Below, piece by piece: positions 21,159 to 35,460 of a stretch of DNA of 64,000 nucleotides (positions within the stretch are counted from its first letter, which is position 1; every line of letters starts with the position of its first letter). Source of the stretch: Dictyostelium discoideum (lineage: Eukaryota). The notes under the pieces were generated by a model. It saw nothing but the letters and a program-made list of their open reading frames with translations, did no database searches and was not told the DNA's origin. The position numbers and the translations under genes are program-made. The DNA lies in contig CM000151.3 in assembly GCA_000004695.1 (NCBI GenBank), positions 7,968,001-8,032,000 on the forward strand, given 5' to 3'.

Positions 21159-24100
21159 ATGTCATCATCATTATCATTAGCATATAATAATAATAGTAGT
21201 ATACCATCATCTGTATTATTACAACAACAACAACAACAACAGCAACAACAACAACAGCAACAACAACAACCAACTTCATCAGGATATTCACAACAATGTC
21301 TAGTACCAGATATATTCAAATTTTCAGCTAAAGTACAATTAGCTGAAACCATCAGTTACTTAACACCAGTACCGGTTGAAAGTGTTGAAATTTTAATTAA
21401 ATCATGTTGTTCATTATTACCAAATAAACAATATATTGATATTCAACAAAACGATCCATCAATTAAAAGAATTTTCGATTTAAATCCATCATTATTTTCA
21501 ACAATGATTGTAAGTTTTTAAATAAATAAATGTATTATTATTTAAATAATCAAATTTACTAATTTTCATTATTATGACTATTAAAGAGTATTCGAGCACA
21601 AGAATCAGTTATTGCACTATCACATTTTTATAAATGTTCAAATGGTAATGCAGATAAGAGAATTTTACCAATTTTAAAATCATTTTTAGTGTATTTAACA
21701 TATTTTGGTAATAATAGTGGTAGTAGTGGTAATCAATTGAACCAATCTTCACAATCAAATAGTAGTGTAACTCAACAATCACAAATATTTTCACAATCTA
21801 ATGGATTATCAGTACCAGTTGGTATTCATCAAAATGATATTCAAAATTCACAAAATTTCACCTATTATCTATTGAATCAATTAGCAATATTATCCCATAT
21901 TTCCACTGAAGCTAGTGATGAAATTGTACCAGTTTTCTTGGATTTCTTTAATCAAATTATAAAGAATGAGCAAGTTTCAATCATCTATGGTACACTTCAT
22001 GCATTGGCTGATAAAAATAATACTTTTAATTTCAATAATGATCAATTATCAAAAGTAATTAATTCAATTGAATTAATTGTTGAAAATAATTCAAATACAA
22101 AATATAATCAAAAAAAAGTTTGTATTATTAAAATATATTATTATTTTTTATTTTGAATATAAAATATTAATTTTTTTTTTTTTTTTTTTTTTTCCCTTCC
22201 CTTTAGATTCTTTTATTAGTTTGTCAAGCATTTGAAAGAATTACATATTTAAATGAATTAGAAAAGGATGTAACTAGAATTTATAGAAATGTATTCCCAT
22301 TCACTACATCTTCAATTGCATCAACTGATAATGAAGCATTTGTATCTATTATTGTAAGTATTCTCTTACTTTTCCCCACACACCAGTTTCATAATAGTAA
22401 TAATTATTTTTTTTATTTTTTAGAATGTTATTAGAAGATGTGGTATTTTAGAAGAAAATATTGGTAAAGAAGTTTTAGATTATTGTATTAGATTTATTTC
22501 AGAGATAAAGAGTTTAACTGATAGTGAATGTTCAGTATTATTAAGTAAACCATTCACAGAACAACTTTATCAATCAATTTTTACATCATTGGTTGAAATG
22601 ACAGATAAGTATCCTGAAAAGTTATTAAAGGTAATTGAAGTATTAAAAGATTTCCTTTGTGTTTCACCAGTGATTAAGAATAGTGAAGAGACTAGAAATT
22701 CATTATTCACTTGTATTTGCAACATTTTAACAAATGAATATAAAAAAGAAAGAGGTGTTGAAAATTGTAAATCAATCGTTACATCATTCTTAAATACATT
22801 ACATACATTATATACAGGTTATTTAAATGATAATCTCAATAGTAATGGCATAACACAACAAATTTCATCAACAAATACAACACCATCATCCTCATCAACT
22901 TTAACAACATCAAATAGTAATAATAATACAAATTCAAAATCACCAAATTTAAATAGTGCAAATATAAATTCAAATAATAATAATAATAATAATGGTATTC
23001 AAATTCAATCATTAAAAAATATAATAATTATAATTGGTAAAATTACATGTTCATTAAATGATTTAGGTATTATTGAAATTACGAAATCAAATTTCATTAG
23101 TAGATTAGCTTTTCCACCAAGTGAAATTGATAATTTAATATTATTTCAATTGACAGATATTGGTTTATTGGAACATCCAATTATAACAGATTCAATTGTT
23201 GCAATGATTACAAGTTTATTTAAAAAGATTTGTAAAGATTCTAATCAAGGTTTAATTACAAATATTACCGATATAGCATTACAAAAATTGGCAAAACATT
23301 TAGTTAATGAGAAATTACGTCTAGATTTATGTAGAAAGATTTTAAAACTTTTCCAACAGCTAGGTAAAAGTTTTAGAAGGGGTGATAATAGTAATTTTTC
23401 AAATACAAATGGTGGTGGTGGTGGAGGTGGTGGTAATTTCAATAGTAATTATAATAATATGGATCCAAATTATTTATCATCACCAATTTTAAAAGGTATG
23501 GGATTCTTATTACCAACAATAGCAGAGTTAATTAGAACTATACCAATTAGAACATTGGATAGTTCAAATTCTGTGGTTTTTAATGCAGTTGTACCACCTA
23601 CTGGAATCAATAGTGATGGAGAGGAGTTGTTCAATTTAAATAGTGCCTCTGATGTTAAGCTTTATAGATCGGTTTGGTTCTATTGTGTTTTCTTTAAATT
23701 CTCAATTCAAGGTATATGGAGAAGTGATTGGTGGCTAAGTGTTCAAATGATAGCTGCACATTTATCACCATTGATTTCAAATAAACCTCATAACTACTTG
23801 GAAATGGAGGTTGAATTGGATAGTATTATTAAACAAGGCCTTGAAAAGGACTACTTTTACAATGTTAAACAATCATTGGTTGAACAATTACCAAACTATA
23901 CTGCCTATATAAAGAATTTAACATTGGCTCAATTGGGATTCATTCATTCGGTTTACATATTGGAGACTATGAGATTCGCTGTGTCTGGCTCATTCGAATT
24001 GGCATTTGGTTATTTGGAAGATCAAGGTATTGAAAACATTAATGTATCATCTTGTATTCGTGCAATTGTCGATAAGGTATTCGCAGATTTCCTAACTGGC

Positions 24101-27100
24101 TACGCTCCAATCTCGACAACACCAATCGCAGAATATGAGTTATCACTCCATGCCGCTTTCCTTTTGGTCAAATTTTGTTATCCACACGAACCAGTGCGTA
24201 AGGCTGCCGATGATTATATCTCAACATTGGTCACTAAATTCCCACAAGTTTTATGGAGTAAACATTGTCTTTCAACACTATTGGATCTAATTGAAGCCAT
24301 TGGTAAAGGCGCAAAAGCAAAACCAATGGATATGATTTCAGTTAGATTAACTCATTCACATCTATTGATTGAATTACCCGATGAAACACCAGTTCGTCAA
24401 CGTCTTTTACAAGATATCATAGCTTTGGGTAACATTTGGTTAAAGAGTGGTACCAATGCAGCACCCTCTGAAATCCAAGAATTACTTCAAGAGTATATGC
24501 AAAGATTTAATCAATTAAAACATCAACATATGGGTCTATCATTAGCCGTTGAAATTGGTTCGAATGCTGATTTAGCAGCCGATAAATTAATCTCAAATCA
24601 TGGTGCTGAAATTTTAACAAATCAAGCTGCAATCAATAATCAATCACAATTTAACAATCAATCTGGTGGTTTGGCAAGTTGTACAACTAGTAATGCTGCA
24701 AACTTTGTAAATTCATTACAATTAAAAGTACTCTATGGTGGTGAAATTAAAGGTATGTTACATATGATGAATGTTATGGATGAACGTGTTCAACAAAAGA
24801 AATTATTACAACAACAACAAAAACAACTTAATGGTGAAGACAATGATGATGACGACGACGACGATGATGAAGAAATTTCAGAAGAAATTGAAGATAGAGC
24901 ATATGATATTTTAGTTAAAGAATTTGAAAATTTAATTTCAAATGTTCATAAAAGTAATCATCCAGCAAATAATATGGCATTCATTTCAATTATGTATAGA
25001 TCATGTGCATTTTTAATTAATCATTACTTTGGTTCAAATGTACGTTTAATTCATATGATTTGTTATGCACCTGCTTATATTTTCACAAAAGAATCAATGG
25101 AGATTGGTGTTGGCTGTTGGAAATGGTTATTAGCTGAAAGACCTGATCTTTCAAAATTCATTATGACTTCAATTAGTGATATTTGGACATGGACAGTTAA
25201 TCAAAGAATTGGTCTTTTTGCAAATAATGAAAGAGAACCATCACCATTATCTATCTCTAGTCAACAAACTTCAATGGATAATAAACAAGTTAATGAAATT
25301 TTATCAACTTCACCAAATAATAATAATAATAATAATAATACCAATAATAATACCAATAATAATAATCCAATTATTAATGATCCTGAAGCAAGTACAACTG
25401 GTGGTTTTAATAAAGAAGATGAAAGAAATAAATATATTAGACAATTTAAACCACCAAAATCAATTGATAAAACTAGTGATGTTCCTCATAAGATTTGGTT
25501 AGATTTCTTAGAAGAAAGATTCACTGTCTCTAGATATAGCTCACAAGATCAAATGGATATTATTGTTGGTATCATTCAAAAATCAGTTATGGATCCAGAT
25601 GGTCTTAGTGTTTCACCAAAGAGTTTAGGTTCACGTTTCAAATTATTGTTATTGGCAATGAAGTTAATTCAAGGTGATTTTGTTCGTGATGCTTTTAATA
25701 CTCGTTTAATGCGTGAAAGAGTTTATTTAGCTTCCCTAAGTTGGTTTTATTTAGCACCAGTTTGGTATGGTCCTGCTGAAGCTGGCTCACAAGCTCAATT
25801 AGAAATTGATACAAAAACATTGATTGAATATTGTAAGACACTTCAAGCTGAAACTATCTTTCAATTTATGGATAAACGTTATACATTCATTCAAAGTACT
25901 GGTAGTGGTAGTGGTAGTACAACTGGTAGTTTAAGAAGTGGTGTTAGTGGTGTTGGTGGTGGTGTTGGTGGTAATAGTGGTATTTCAAATGGTGGTATTG
26001 CAAATGGTGTTTCAACCAATAATAATGTTGGTAATATTAATAATAATAATAGTAATTTAAATCTTGGATCAAATTCAGTATTACTACCAAATGGTAATTA
26101 TCAACCATCAACCTATGCAACTATTAGAGGTAGTAAAATGTTACAACAATTAGCTAATGGTAGTATTGGTATTCCAATGGATCAATCAAATGGTTCAATA
26201 TCATCTTCATCATCAGTAAGTGGTTTAACACAAAGTTTATCATCAACCTCGTTATATGGTGGATTTAGTATGCATAATTATGGTAGTGGTATTGGTGTTG
26301 GTATAAGTCCAAATAATTTCGCACCAACAACATCAAATAATCCTTACTCTTCAGTGGTTCGTAATTCATCAACATTAAAACAAATTAATGAATCATCATC
26401 AGTATCATCATTTGATTTAATGAATTATGGTGGTGGTGGATTGGAAAGTACAAGAAGTATGTTAGATATTGCAGGTGGTGGTGTTGGTACAATGACATCA
26501 GTTGCAGGTCAACAAATTTCTCAAGCATTATTATTGGATTCAATAGCAGGTGGTAATTTAAATAAACCAGTTGTAAGTGAAGCACATTTAATTGAGTTAA
26601 GAAAGAGAAGAAATTTAATACTTTTATTGGTTGGTAATGAATTGGAGAGAATGTCAGCATGGAATTCACCAGTTAGTCGTATCTCTACACAAATTCCAGA
26701 ACAAACTAAATTTGTCTATGAAAATTTACCAAAATCAATGAAATTGAAATGGAAAGATTATTTAATCTCTGCATGGAAAATCAATCCAAAATTGGCCATT
26801 CATTTTAGTTCTCGTTTCCCTCATTCAAAGATTAAGAGTTTATTAAGTGAAATGGTGGTAAAGAATACTAAAGCAGTTTTAGACATTCCAGAGGCATTAC
26901 CATTTTTAGTGACTGAAGAGAATGTCAAGGCCAATATACCAGAGTTAAAGTATCTTTTATATTGGGAAACTGTTACACCACCTATGGCAATTTCATTATT
27001 GGGAAAACAATATCATTCTCATCCATTGGTTTCACAGTATGCATGTCGTGTACTTCGTTCATTCCCACCTGAAACCATCATGTTTTACATTCCACAATTA

Positions 27101-28777
27101 ACTCAAGCATTACGTTACGATAGATCGGGTCAAGTTGAGAACTATTTGGTTCAAGCATCTAAAACCTCTGAACTTTTAGCTCATCAAATCATTTGGAATG
27201 TTCAAACCTACACTGAAAGCGATCCAAATGGTCGTATGGCACCTATCGATGATCCAATCATTCAAAATGTTGCAAAACGTTTGAAAGATCGTGTCATTGA
27301 AGAAATGCAAACTCAAGATAAAGTCTATCAAAATTATCGTGAAGAATTTGAATTCTTTGAATCATTCACTTCAATCTCTGGTCGTTTACTTCAACTTAAA
27401 GATCCATCAAAGAGAAAAGGTCAATTGAGAGATGAATTGAAAATGTTATCAGTTTCAAGTAATCATTCACCATTGTATATGCCAACCAATCCAAAATCAT
27501 TAGTTGTTGGTTTAGAAGTTGATTCTGCAATGACACTTCAATCCGCTGCAAAAGTACCAATTCTTGTAAACTTTAAAGTCATTGAAAGAAATTTACCAAC
27601 TCCTTCATCAAGTATCTCAAATGTTAAATCACCACCACCAAGTAGTTCACCAATTGAAACAACTTCATCAGTTGCTCCAACTGGTACTTCATCAATTCAT
27701 TCTTCATCATCTTCAACTTTATTACCAATACCATTACCAATTAATGGTAGTAGTAATAATATTATTAATAGTAGTAATAATAATAATAAAAATATTACTG
27801 TATCACCATTAAAATCATCAAGTGGATCTGCAATGGGACCACCACCATCACAACAACAACAACCACCATTATTAGGTAGTACAAATCCATTATTAAGAGA
27901 AAGTACAAGACAACTTAGAAAGAATGTAAATAAAAAACCACAAGAAAATAAGGATACTGAAGCAAATAATAATAAAGTTCATATTCAAGGTTGTATCTTT
28001 AAATCTGGTGATGATATTAGACAAGATATGTTGGCACTTCAAATCATTGATATCTTTAAACGTATTTTCAAATATGTTGGATTGGATCTATATTTATTCC
28101 CATACAAAGTAATTGCAACTAAACCAGGTTGTGGTATGATTGAATTGGTACCTAATACAATGTCACGTGATCAAATTGGTAAAAAAGTTAATGGTAATCT
28201 TTACAATTATTTCATTAGTAAATATGGTAATAAAAATTCAATCGGTTTCCAAAATGCTCGTAGAAATTTCATTAAATCGATGGCTGCCTATTCTGTGGTA
28301 AGTTATATCCTTCAAATTAAAGATCGTCACAATGCAAACATTTTAGTCGACGAGGAGGGTCATATCGTTCATATCGATTTCGGTTTCATTTTCGATATCT
28401 CTCCAGGTGGTGAATTGTTAACATTTGAAGCTTCCCCATTCAAGATGAATCAAGAAATGATCGATATTATGGGTGGTAAACCAAATGCTGAACAATTTGT
28501 TTGGTTTATGGAACAATCAGTACGTGCTTTCTTGGCTGCTAGACAACATATGGATAGTATCATCACCTTGGTCGAACTAATGTTGGATACCAAATTACCA
28601 TGTTTCCGTGAACAAACCATTTATAATCTTCGTCAAAGATTCTGTCCAAATAAGAGTGAAACTATTGCTGCTAAATTTATGAGTAAAATCGTTTTAGATT
28701 CTTTCTCAACAATTAGTACTTTCTCTACATATTTCTATGATGTTTTCCAATATTATGATAATGGTATTGAAATGTAA
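21159..28777 (+). CDS. Phosphatidylinositol 4-kinase III alpha (PI4KA/STT4 ortholog), about 2460 aa. Exons are 21159..21509, 21587..22117, 22207..22353 and 22424..28777.
   Basis: C-terminal catalytic domain '[62 protein letters not shown]...AAYSVVSYILQIKDRHNANILVDEEGHIVHIDFGFIFDISPGGELLTFEASPFKMNQEMIDIMGG...VELMLDTKLPCFREQTIYNLRQRFCP' matches human PI4KA '[62 protein letters not shown]...[52 protein letters not shown]...LPCFRGQTIKLLKHRF'. The helical/PIK accessory regions also match ('VDKVFADFL...FLLVKFCYPHEPVRKAADDYISTLVTKFPQVLWS', 'FPPETIMFYIPQLTQALRYDRSGQVENYLVQASKTSELLAHQIIWN'). Three small 5' introns (GTAAGT or GTTTGT ... AG, 77-89 bp) join in frame to the 6.2-kb terminal exon. The frame was verified at every junction. 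Confidence 0.9.
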
Positions 28778-28970
28778 TAAAATAATAATAATAATAAAAA
28801 TAATGAAAATAAAAAATAAAAAATAAAATAAATATAAATATAATAACAAAAAAATATAAAATATAAAATTTCTTTTTTTTTTTTAAACACTTTAATTTAT
28901 TTTTTATTATTTATTATTTATTATATTCAGATATTTGTACAAATTTTAAAAAAAGAAGAAACTAATTTAG

Positions 28971-29588
28971 CTAATTTATATTAATTTTAATTGTATTTGA
29001 ATAATGTAATTTCTTATTGATTGTAATTGTTAATAAACCATTTTCAAATTGAGTATTGATTGAATTTAAATCTAATTGATATAAAAATTTAGTTAAATCT
29101 AAATATCTCTTAAAATTACCAAATGATCTTTCTGAAATAAACTTTTTTTCAGTTGATTTTGATTTGTTTTCATCTTTTTTATTCTCTTTAGAGTTGGATA
29201 AGGTACTAGTAGTTTCTGTTGATTTTGGTTTAATATCATCTTCATCAAACTCTTCAATTGATGCTTCATCTTCTTTGGTATCTAATAATGATGGTGATGA
29301 TGATGATTTTTCAATAATTAATTGTTTATTTAAATTCTTTTTCTTTTCACCTTGAATTGTGAGTATCGAATCATTAATACTAATTTCAATATCATCTTTT
29401 GAAATGCCTGCTAACTCTGTTTCAATGATTAATTTATCATTTGTCATAGTTACATCCATTGGTGGTAGTATATCAATAATGGTTTTGTTTGTTTTATTAT
29501 TTGTGCGTTGTCTTTTACAACTTTCAAAATAATTTTTATTGTTATTATTATTATTAAGGGTATTTAAAATATCAAAAATAGTAGCCAT
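28971..29588 (-). CDS. Small heat-shock protein of the Hsp20/alpha-crystallin family (hspG-type), 205 aa.
   Basis: Alpha-crystallin domain pattern: '[42 protein letters not shown]...[16 protein letters not shown]...[14 protein letters not shown]' (DV.E..d...i.aeLPG..kedi.v.v.d..L.I.gek...ERs.G.F.R...LP...d...i.A...nGvL.i.i). The N-terminus '[17 protein letters not shown]' resembles what I recall of the Dictyostelium hspG paralog family. Real ATG at 29586-29588. Confidence 0.85.
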   Translation of the reverse strand: MATIFDILNTLNNNNNNKNYFESCKRQRTNNKTNKTIIDILPPMDVTMTNDKLIIETELAGISKDDIEISINDSILTIQGEKKKNLNKQLIIEKSSSSPSLLDTKEDEASIEEFDEDDIKPKSTETTSTLSNSKENKKDENKSKSTEKKFISERSFGNFKRYLDLTKFLYQLDLNSINTQFENGLLTITINKKLHYSNTIKININ

Positions 29589-30659
29589 TTTTTTAATTTA
29601 TTTTTTATTATTTATGATTTATAAACTTTTTAATTTATTAATTTTGTAATATTATTCTTTATGTTGAGTGTTTATTTGTTTTAGAATTTGGTTTAATGAA
29701 GAAAATAAAAAAAATTTATAGTTTTTTTTTTTAAAGTTATAAAAATTTCACATTGGAATTAAGTCATATTAAAATATTTACAAGAAGATTTTATGGATCA
29801 TTGTCATTTTTTTAAATTAAATTGCAATAATTGTTGTTGAGGAAATCAGTAAAAAACAGTTGAAAAATAATTGAAATTTAAAAAAAAAAAAAAAAAAATT
29901 TTTGCTGATTTCCCACAAAGTCCAAAATAATTAAAAAAAAACAATAATAAAAATATAAAATATAAAAAATAAAAAAATAAAAAAATACATCCTACAATTC
30001 TACACATTTATTCTGGGTTAGCAAGTGATCATCACAATTAAAATTAAATGCAAATAATCCGTGGATTAAAGTTGAAGCTGGTCAAAGATTAATCTTTATT
30101 TATTAATTAACAATATTGAATAAATTAAAAATAAAAGTTTTAAAATTAAATTTAAAAAATTTGAAAAAAAAAAAAAATTTAATAAATAATCTTGATTTAA
30201 TATTTTCTTAATTAATTATTTTATTAATTCATTTGTTCTTTATTTATTTTTTATTTTTATGAAAAAAAAAAACAAAAAAAAAATTAGAGGGTTAGCATAA
30301 ATGTCAATATCAAGTTTTTTTTCATTTCAATTTAAATTTATTATAATATTTTATATTTATTTTATATTTATTTTATATTTTTTTTATATTTATTTTATTT
30401 TTTTATAATCCCTATTTTAGTTTATTAATTTTCTGATTCAAATTTATATTTTAATTATTTTTTTTTTATTTTTTATAATTTGTTTATAATTAATTGTTTT
30501 TTTTTTATTTTATTTTTTTTTTTCTAATTTTTAAATATTTCTTTATGAATGTATTTACTTTTACATGTATAATTTTAAAAAAAAAATAAAAAAATAAAAA
30601 ATTTTAATTTTTCAAAAGAAAAAAAAAAAAAAAAAAAAAAATTAAATGTAAAAAAAATA
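29589..30659. promoter_or_regulatory. Divergent intergenic region between the hspG-type sHSP start (minus) and the RGP1-ortholog start (plus). It probably contains both promoters (and heat-shock elements are expected for an sHSP gene).
   Basis: Gene orientation only. I could not find a convincing nGAAnnTTCnnGAAn heat-shock element by eye, so this is a positional inference. Confidence 0.3.
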
Positions 30660-32058
30660 ATGCCAATATCAATTGAATGTATATTAGAATCTGCAGTTTT
30701 TTTTCCAGGTGATACAATATTTTGTAGAATATTTATTTCAAATTTAGGAGGATTTAATAACAATGATATTGAAAATGTTACAAGTAGTAAACAAACTCAA
30801 AGAGAACAATCTATATCATGGATAACAGCACAAGTTTATGGTAATTTAATGGTAGAATCTTCATTTATTAAATTAAATTCTTCAAATAAATCAAATAAAA
30901 ATAAAACTAAACAGCAACAACAACCACAACCACAACAATCATCTTCACAAGAAAATAAAAATAATCAACAGCAACCACAACAACAACCACAACAACAGCA
31001 ACAACAACAACAACAACAATTCAAATTAAACCCAAAACAATCATTAACTAGTGGTAAAAAATTTACAGCTGGTGTTTCTAGTGCCACATCATTACCAAAT
31101 TTATCAGAAATTGGAGAAAATGGCAAACCAATATTTACTTCACCAACAACTTTTTTAGCATCAGAATTATATATACCACCTGGTCAAACTAAATCTTGTA
31201 TGTTATTTATTTATTATAATTTTCATGATGATAATAATTAGTAGATTTATTACTAATAATAATAATATATATATCATTTAGTTATTTATTATTTAACATT
31301 ACCATCACCATTACCACCATCATTTAAAGGAACAAGTTTAAAATATAGTTATTTTTTATCAATTGCATCACAAGTTTATACGAATCCAGCACAAATTTTA
31401 ACAGTACCAATTAGGATATTAACACCAGCATCAGCGTTAAGATCAATTAAATTTAAGAGTAATATGATGTTTGATTTTGAAGAAGGATCAGCAGAAACTA
31501 CTCAAGAATATAGTAGAAATAATTTAGAGGTAGTTTCGAAATGGCCCATTTCACCATTCAAGAAATCCCAATACTTTCCATTACCTTATCCACAAAATCT
31601 ATCACAATATGATTCAAACAATACAAAGAAATCTGTAATTGATATTCTAAATAAACATTCAACACCAGTTTCAATCGTAATTTCAAAGGGTACTGATAAA
31701 TTGGCAACTTTTTCAATTTGTAAAACAGCTTTTAGTTTAGGTGATTCAGTTCATGGTACTTTTGATTTCTCAATTGCAACCATACCATGTTTTAAAATCC
31801 TAATTAAATTGGAATGTGAAGAAATCATTGACTCTAAATATCTTCAATCAACTCGTGGTTCAAATAAACCAATTAGAAAATTATATGGTGAACTTCATGA
31901 ATTCACCACTAATTTAAGACAAACTCATTTTATTTTTCATATACCTGTTGAAGCTTCTCCTGAATTTTCTACAAAATATGGTTTGTAATTTTATTTTAAA
32001 ATATTTAAAAGTTATATAACCAAACATAATATTCTAACTTTTTTTTTTTTTTTAAAAA

Positions 32059-32110
<52 letters not shown>

Positions 32111-32376
32111 TAGTATCAGTAAAATGGTCATTAAGATTCGAATTTGTTACACCAATGAAATCATCATATACACCTTATCAACCAATTCAATCTACAACCA
32201 ATACAAATAATAATATTAATAATAATAATAATATGGTATCAAATAGATCTAATAGTAGTAATAATTTACCAATTTTAATAACTCCACCAAATACACCATC
32301 ATCATTATCAAATACACCAACATCAGTATCACCAATAAAATCATCTACAAATAATTTAGAACCACATATTAATAAA

Positions 32377-32413
<37 letters not shown>

Positions 32414-32646
32414 GTAATCACTCTAGAAATAATAGTGTTGAGAATTTAAATCATCAACAACATTTACAAGAATTACAACAACAAAAACAACAACAAAGGG
32501 ATCATATAAATAGAGATTATGATGATGATGATAATCAAAGTAGTAGTCATTCTGAAAATGCAATTGTAAATGATGATACTTTAAGTAATAGTAGTAGTAA
32601 TTTTTCATCTTCAACAAATAATAGTAAATTAAATACAACCCAAACA

Positions 32647-32677
<31 letters not shown>

Positions 32678-32718
32678 CCAATAGCAATAATAATAATAAT
32701 AATACCAATACCAATAGC

Positions 32719-32788
<70 letters not shown>

Positions 32789-33018
32789 TTAATAATAATA
32801 ATAATCAAAATAATAAAAATAATAATAATCAAAATCAACAAACTTCATTAATTGCAAAGAAAAAGAAATTATTCCCACACCCAAATATTGGTGTCTTAAG
32901 AGATGATGGTTCAGTACCAATAGTTGATACTTTACATTGGAGTTTACCAATTAGAGTTTTAGTTGGATTCCCACCTCATGAATTATTACATACAAATAAA
33001 AATGAATTAATTCTTTAA
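30660..33018 (+). CDS. RGP1 ortholog (subunit of the RIC1-RGP1 Rab6 guanine-nucleotide exchange complex, arrestin-like fold). Exons are 30660..31197, 31282..31980 and 32114..33018, with poly-Gln/Asn inserts.
   Basis: 'VFFPGDTIFCRIFISNLGG', 'SISWITAQVYGNL', 'GQTKSFIYYLTLPSPLPPSFKGTSLKYSYFLSIASQVY' and the C-terminal 'VSVKWSLRFEFVTP...LHWSLPIRVLVGFPP' parallel human RGP1 'VFLAGEALECVVTVTN', 'LAWASAQIHCQF', '[38 protein letters not shown]', 'VSLKWRLHFEFVTS...FSWDLPIKVLPTSP'. Intron 1 is GTATGT...AG (84 bp, phase 1) and intron 2 is GTTTGT...AG (133 bp, phase 1); both restore the alignment. Confidence 0.82.
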
Positions 33019-33156
33019 AAAAAAAAATAATAATAATTTATGTATATGTGTTTGTTTTTATTTTTTTTTAATTTTTTTTTTTTTTTTAATTTTTTTTTTT
33101 TTTTTTTTTTTTTATTATTTTATTATTATTATTATTATTATTTTAATTTTTCAAAT

Positions 33157-35005
33157 TTATTCTTGACCTTCTGGAACTGAAGAACCTCTCATACCTTTAC
33201 CAGCTTTAATAATTTCATCGATGAGGAGTAATTGAGAAGCGATAACAGGTGAAGAACGATAAACTTGTTTTAATACAGAATATTGATCGAAAATACCTTC
33301 ACTTACTGGATCCATTGGTTCACCTGATTCAACATCTAAACCGACGATATGACCCTTGGCGTATTCCTCTTGTAATTTAATGATGGTATCCATTGGATCG
33401 AAACCAGAGTTTTGAGCCAAAGTTTTTGGAACTACCAAAAGAGCATCGGCGAATGCTTGAATACCCAATTTGGTACGACCAGTGATAGTTTCTTTGAATT
33501 TCATTAAATCAGCATAAGCGGCGATTTGGAAAGCACCACCACCTGGTACAACACATTTATCTTCGATTGTGTTCTTAACGGCACGTAAACCGTCACGAAG
33601 GGCGTCTTTAATTTGTTCGATTTGATGCTTGGTTGGACCTTTAATTAAAACGGTACAAGAGAATGGATTCTTTACACCCTCAACAAATGTATATTTCTCT
33701 TCACCCAAGGTTTGTTCATAAACTAAATCTGCATGACCTAAACAATCTGGTGTTAAATCTTCCAATGAATTCATTGCTGTACCACCACATGCCAATGTTA
33801 AACGCTCCATATTTCTACGTTTGGCACGACGTAAACCCATTATACCTGCTTTTGCTAACATATCCAAACAAATTGGATCAATACCTTTTTGATTGATAAC
33901 AACGAAATTCTTATCTGGTGTATCACAAACATGATTCTTTAACTCTATAATTTGTCTACATTTTGCTGCAACTAATTTATGTTCACCATCAATCATTCTT
34001 GATCTAGTTTCATGATCTTTATATAAAAAGTTTGCATTAACTTCACTTTTTTTTTTTAAAAAAAAAAATAAAAAGTATTAGTAATGTTTATGTAGTATGT
34101 ATGTGTGTGTTTTTAATATTAATAATTGATTAAATATAAATATGTATAACATACGTTTTTTCATATTCTAAAGAAACATTACAAGTTAAAATGAAACAAT
34201 TTGTTAATTTCTTTGGCATATCAGGATGACGTGTACCATGATCTAAAACCAAACCTTTGATTAATGAACAATGACCATCGGTTCTATGTTGCATAGTCAT
34301 AATTTCAACCATGAATAAATCTAATGGTTGTTCAGGTTTATGAATTAATAAGAGAGCATCAACGACTTGTTCAGTTAATTGATCAGCTAAATCTGCTGGT
34401 AATTTAGTTCTTAATGATGTTTTTGCAATTGAAATCAATAATTCTCTATCCAATGTATCTTGTGAGGTTTGTTTGAATTCCTCTAAAAATGCTAAACAAC
34501 GATCTTTTGCTAATTCAAAACCTTCTGCAATAATTCTTGGATGAATATTCTCTTGTAAATAACGTTCTGATTGTTTTAATAATTCACCAATTGTAATAAC
34601 ATTAGTTGTTGTACCATCACCAGTAATATCATCTTGTGCTGTTGCTGTACGTGCAATTAATGCTGCTGTTGGATGTTGAATTTGCTTTTTTTTAAAAAAA
34701 AAAAATAAAAAAATAAAAATAATAAATAAATAAATAATATTAATATTAAATTTTTTTTTTTTTTTTTTTTTTTTTTTATATATTAAATTTTTAAAATAAC
34801 ATACCATTTCATGTAATAAAACTTTACCATCTTTAGTTAATTTAATATCACCACCACCACCAACTAACATTTTGAGTGTACCTCTTGGTCCTAAATTGGT
34901 TTTTAAGACATTTTGTAAACCTTTACCTGCTGAAATATTGAGCAACAATGCTTGACCTCTTCTAGAGTCTGCTGCTGCTCCTTGTTGTTTAATCATACTC
35001 AACAT
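33157..35005 (-). CDS. cct6: T-complex protein 1 subunit zeta (CCT6 chaperonin subunit), about 539 aa. Exons are 35005..34805, 34684..34155 and 34045..33157.
   Basis: '[47 protein letters not shown]|[57 protein letters not shown]...' is about 70% identical to human CCT6A '[104 protein letters not shown]'. Downstream '[18 protein letters not shown]...[39 protein letters not shown]' matches '[18 protein letters not shown]...[39 protein letters not shown]'. The introns are GTATGT...AG (120 bp and 109 bp), and the coordinates were checked against the in-frame ORF track. Confidence 0.92.
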
Positions 35006-35420
35006 TTTCGTATATTTCTTTCTTTAGTTTATTGATTTAAACTTTAATACAAACAAATTGGTTCTGTTTTGTTTTTTAGAATTAAAGAAAAAGATCCAAA
35101 TAGTTTGGTTTTTTTTTTTTTTTTTTTTAAAAATAAATTTTCGCTCTCTTTGAAAAAAAAAATTGAAAAAAAAAAAAAAAAAAAAAATTTTGAAAAAATG
35201 GCCAAAAAATAAAAAAAAAAAAAAAAAATGAAAATTTTATTACTTTGAATTTCATTGCCCTTCCAAACATGGGTGAAAAAAAAAAAAAATAAAAATAAAA
35301 ATAGGAAAAAATAATATAAAAAAAAATAAAAAAAGGAAAAAATAAGATACACAATAATATAAAAAAACTGTAGTTCAGATTACTTTTTTTTTACTATTTT
35401 TATTTATTATTTTTATTTAT

Positions 35421-35460
<40 letters not shown>

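Noticed and set aside
29589-30000. Heat-shock elements upstream of the hspG-type gene.
   Set aside because: I scanned for alternating GAA/TTC pentamers (nGAAnnTTCnnGAAn) and found only isolated GAA or TTC triplets (for example caagaagattttatgg) without the required 3-unit phasing. The region is reported only as a positional promoter.
32120-32140. tRNA genes (searched for GGTTCGAATCC / GTTCGA T-loop boxes and GC-rich ~75-nt islands throughout the window).
   Set aside because: The only 'ttcgaa' is inside RGP1 coding sequence (agattcgaatttg). No A-box or B-box pair or cloverleaf-compatible segment was found elsewhere.
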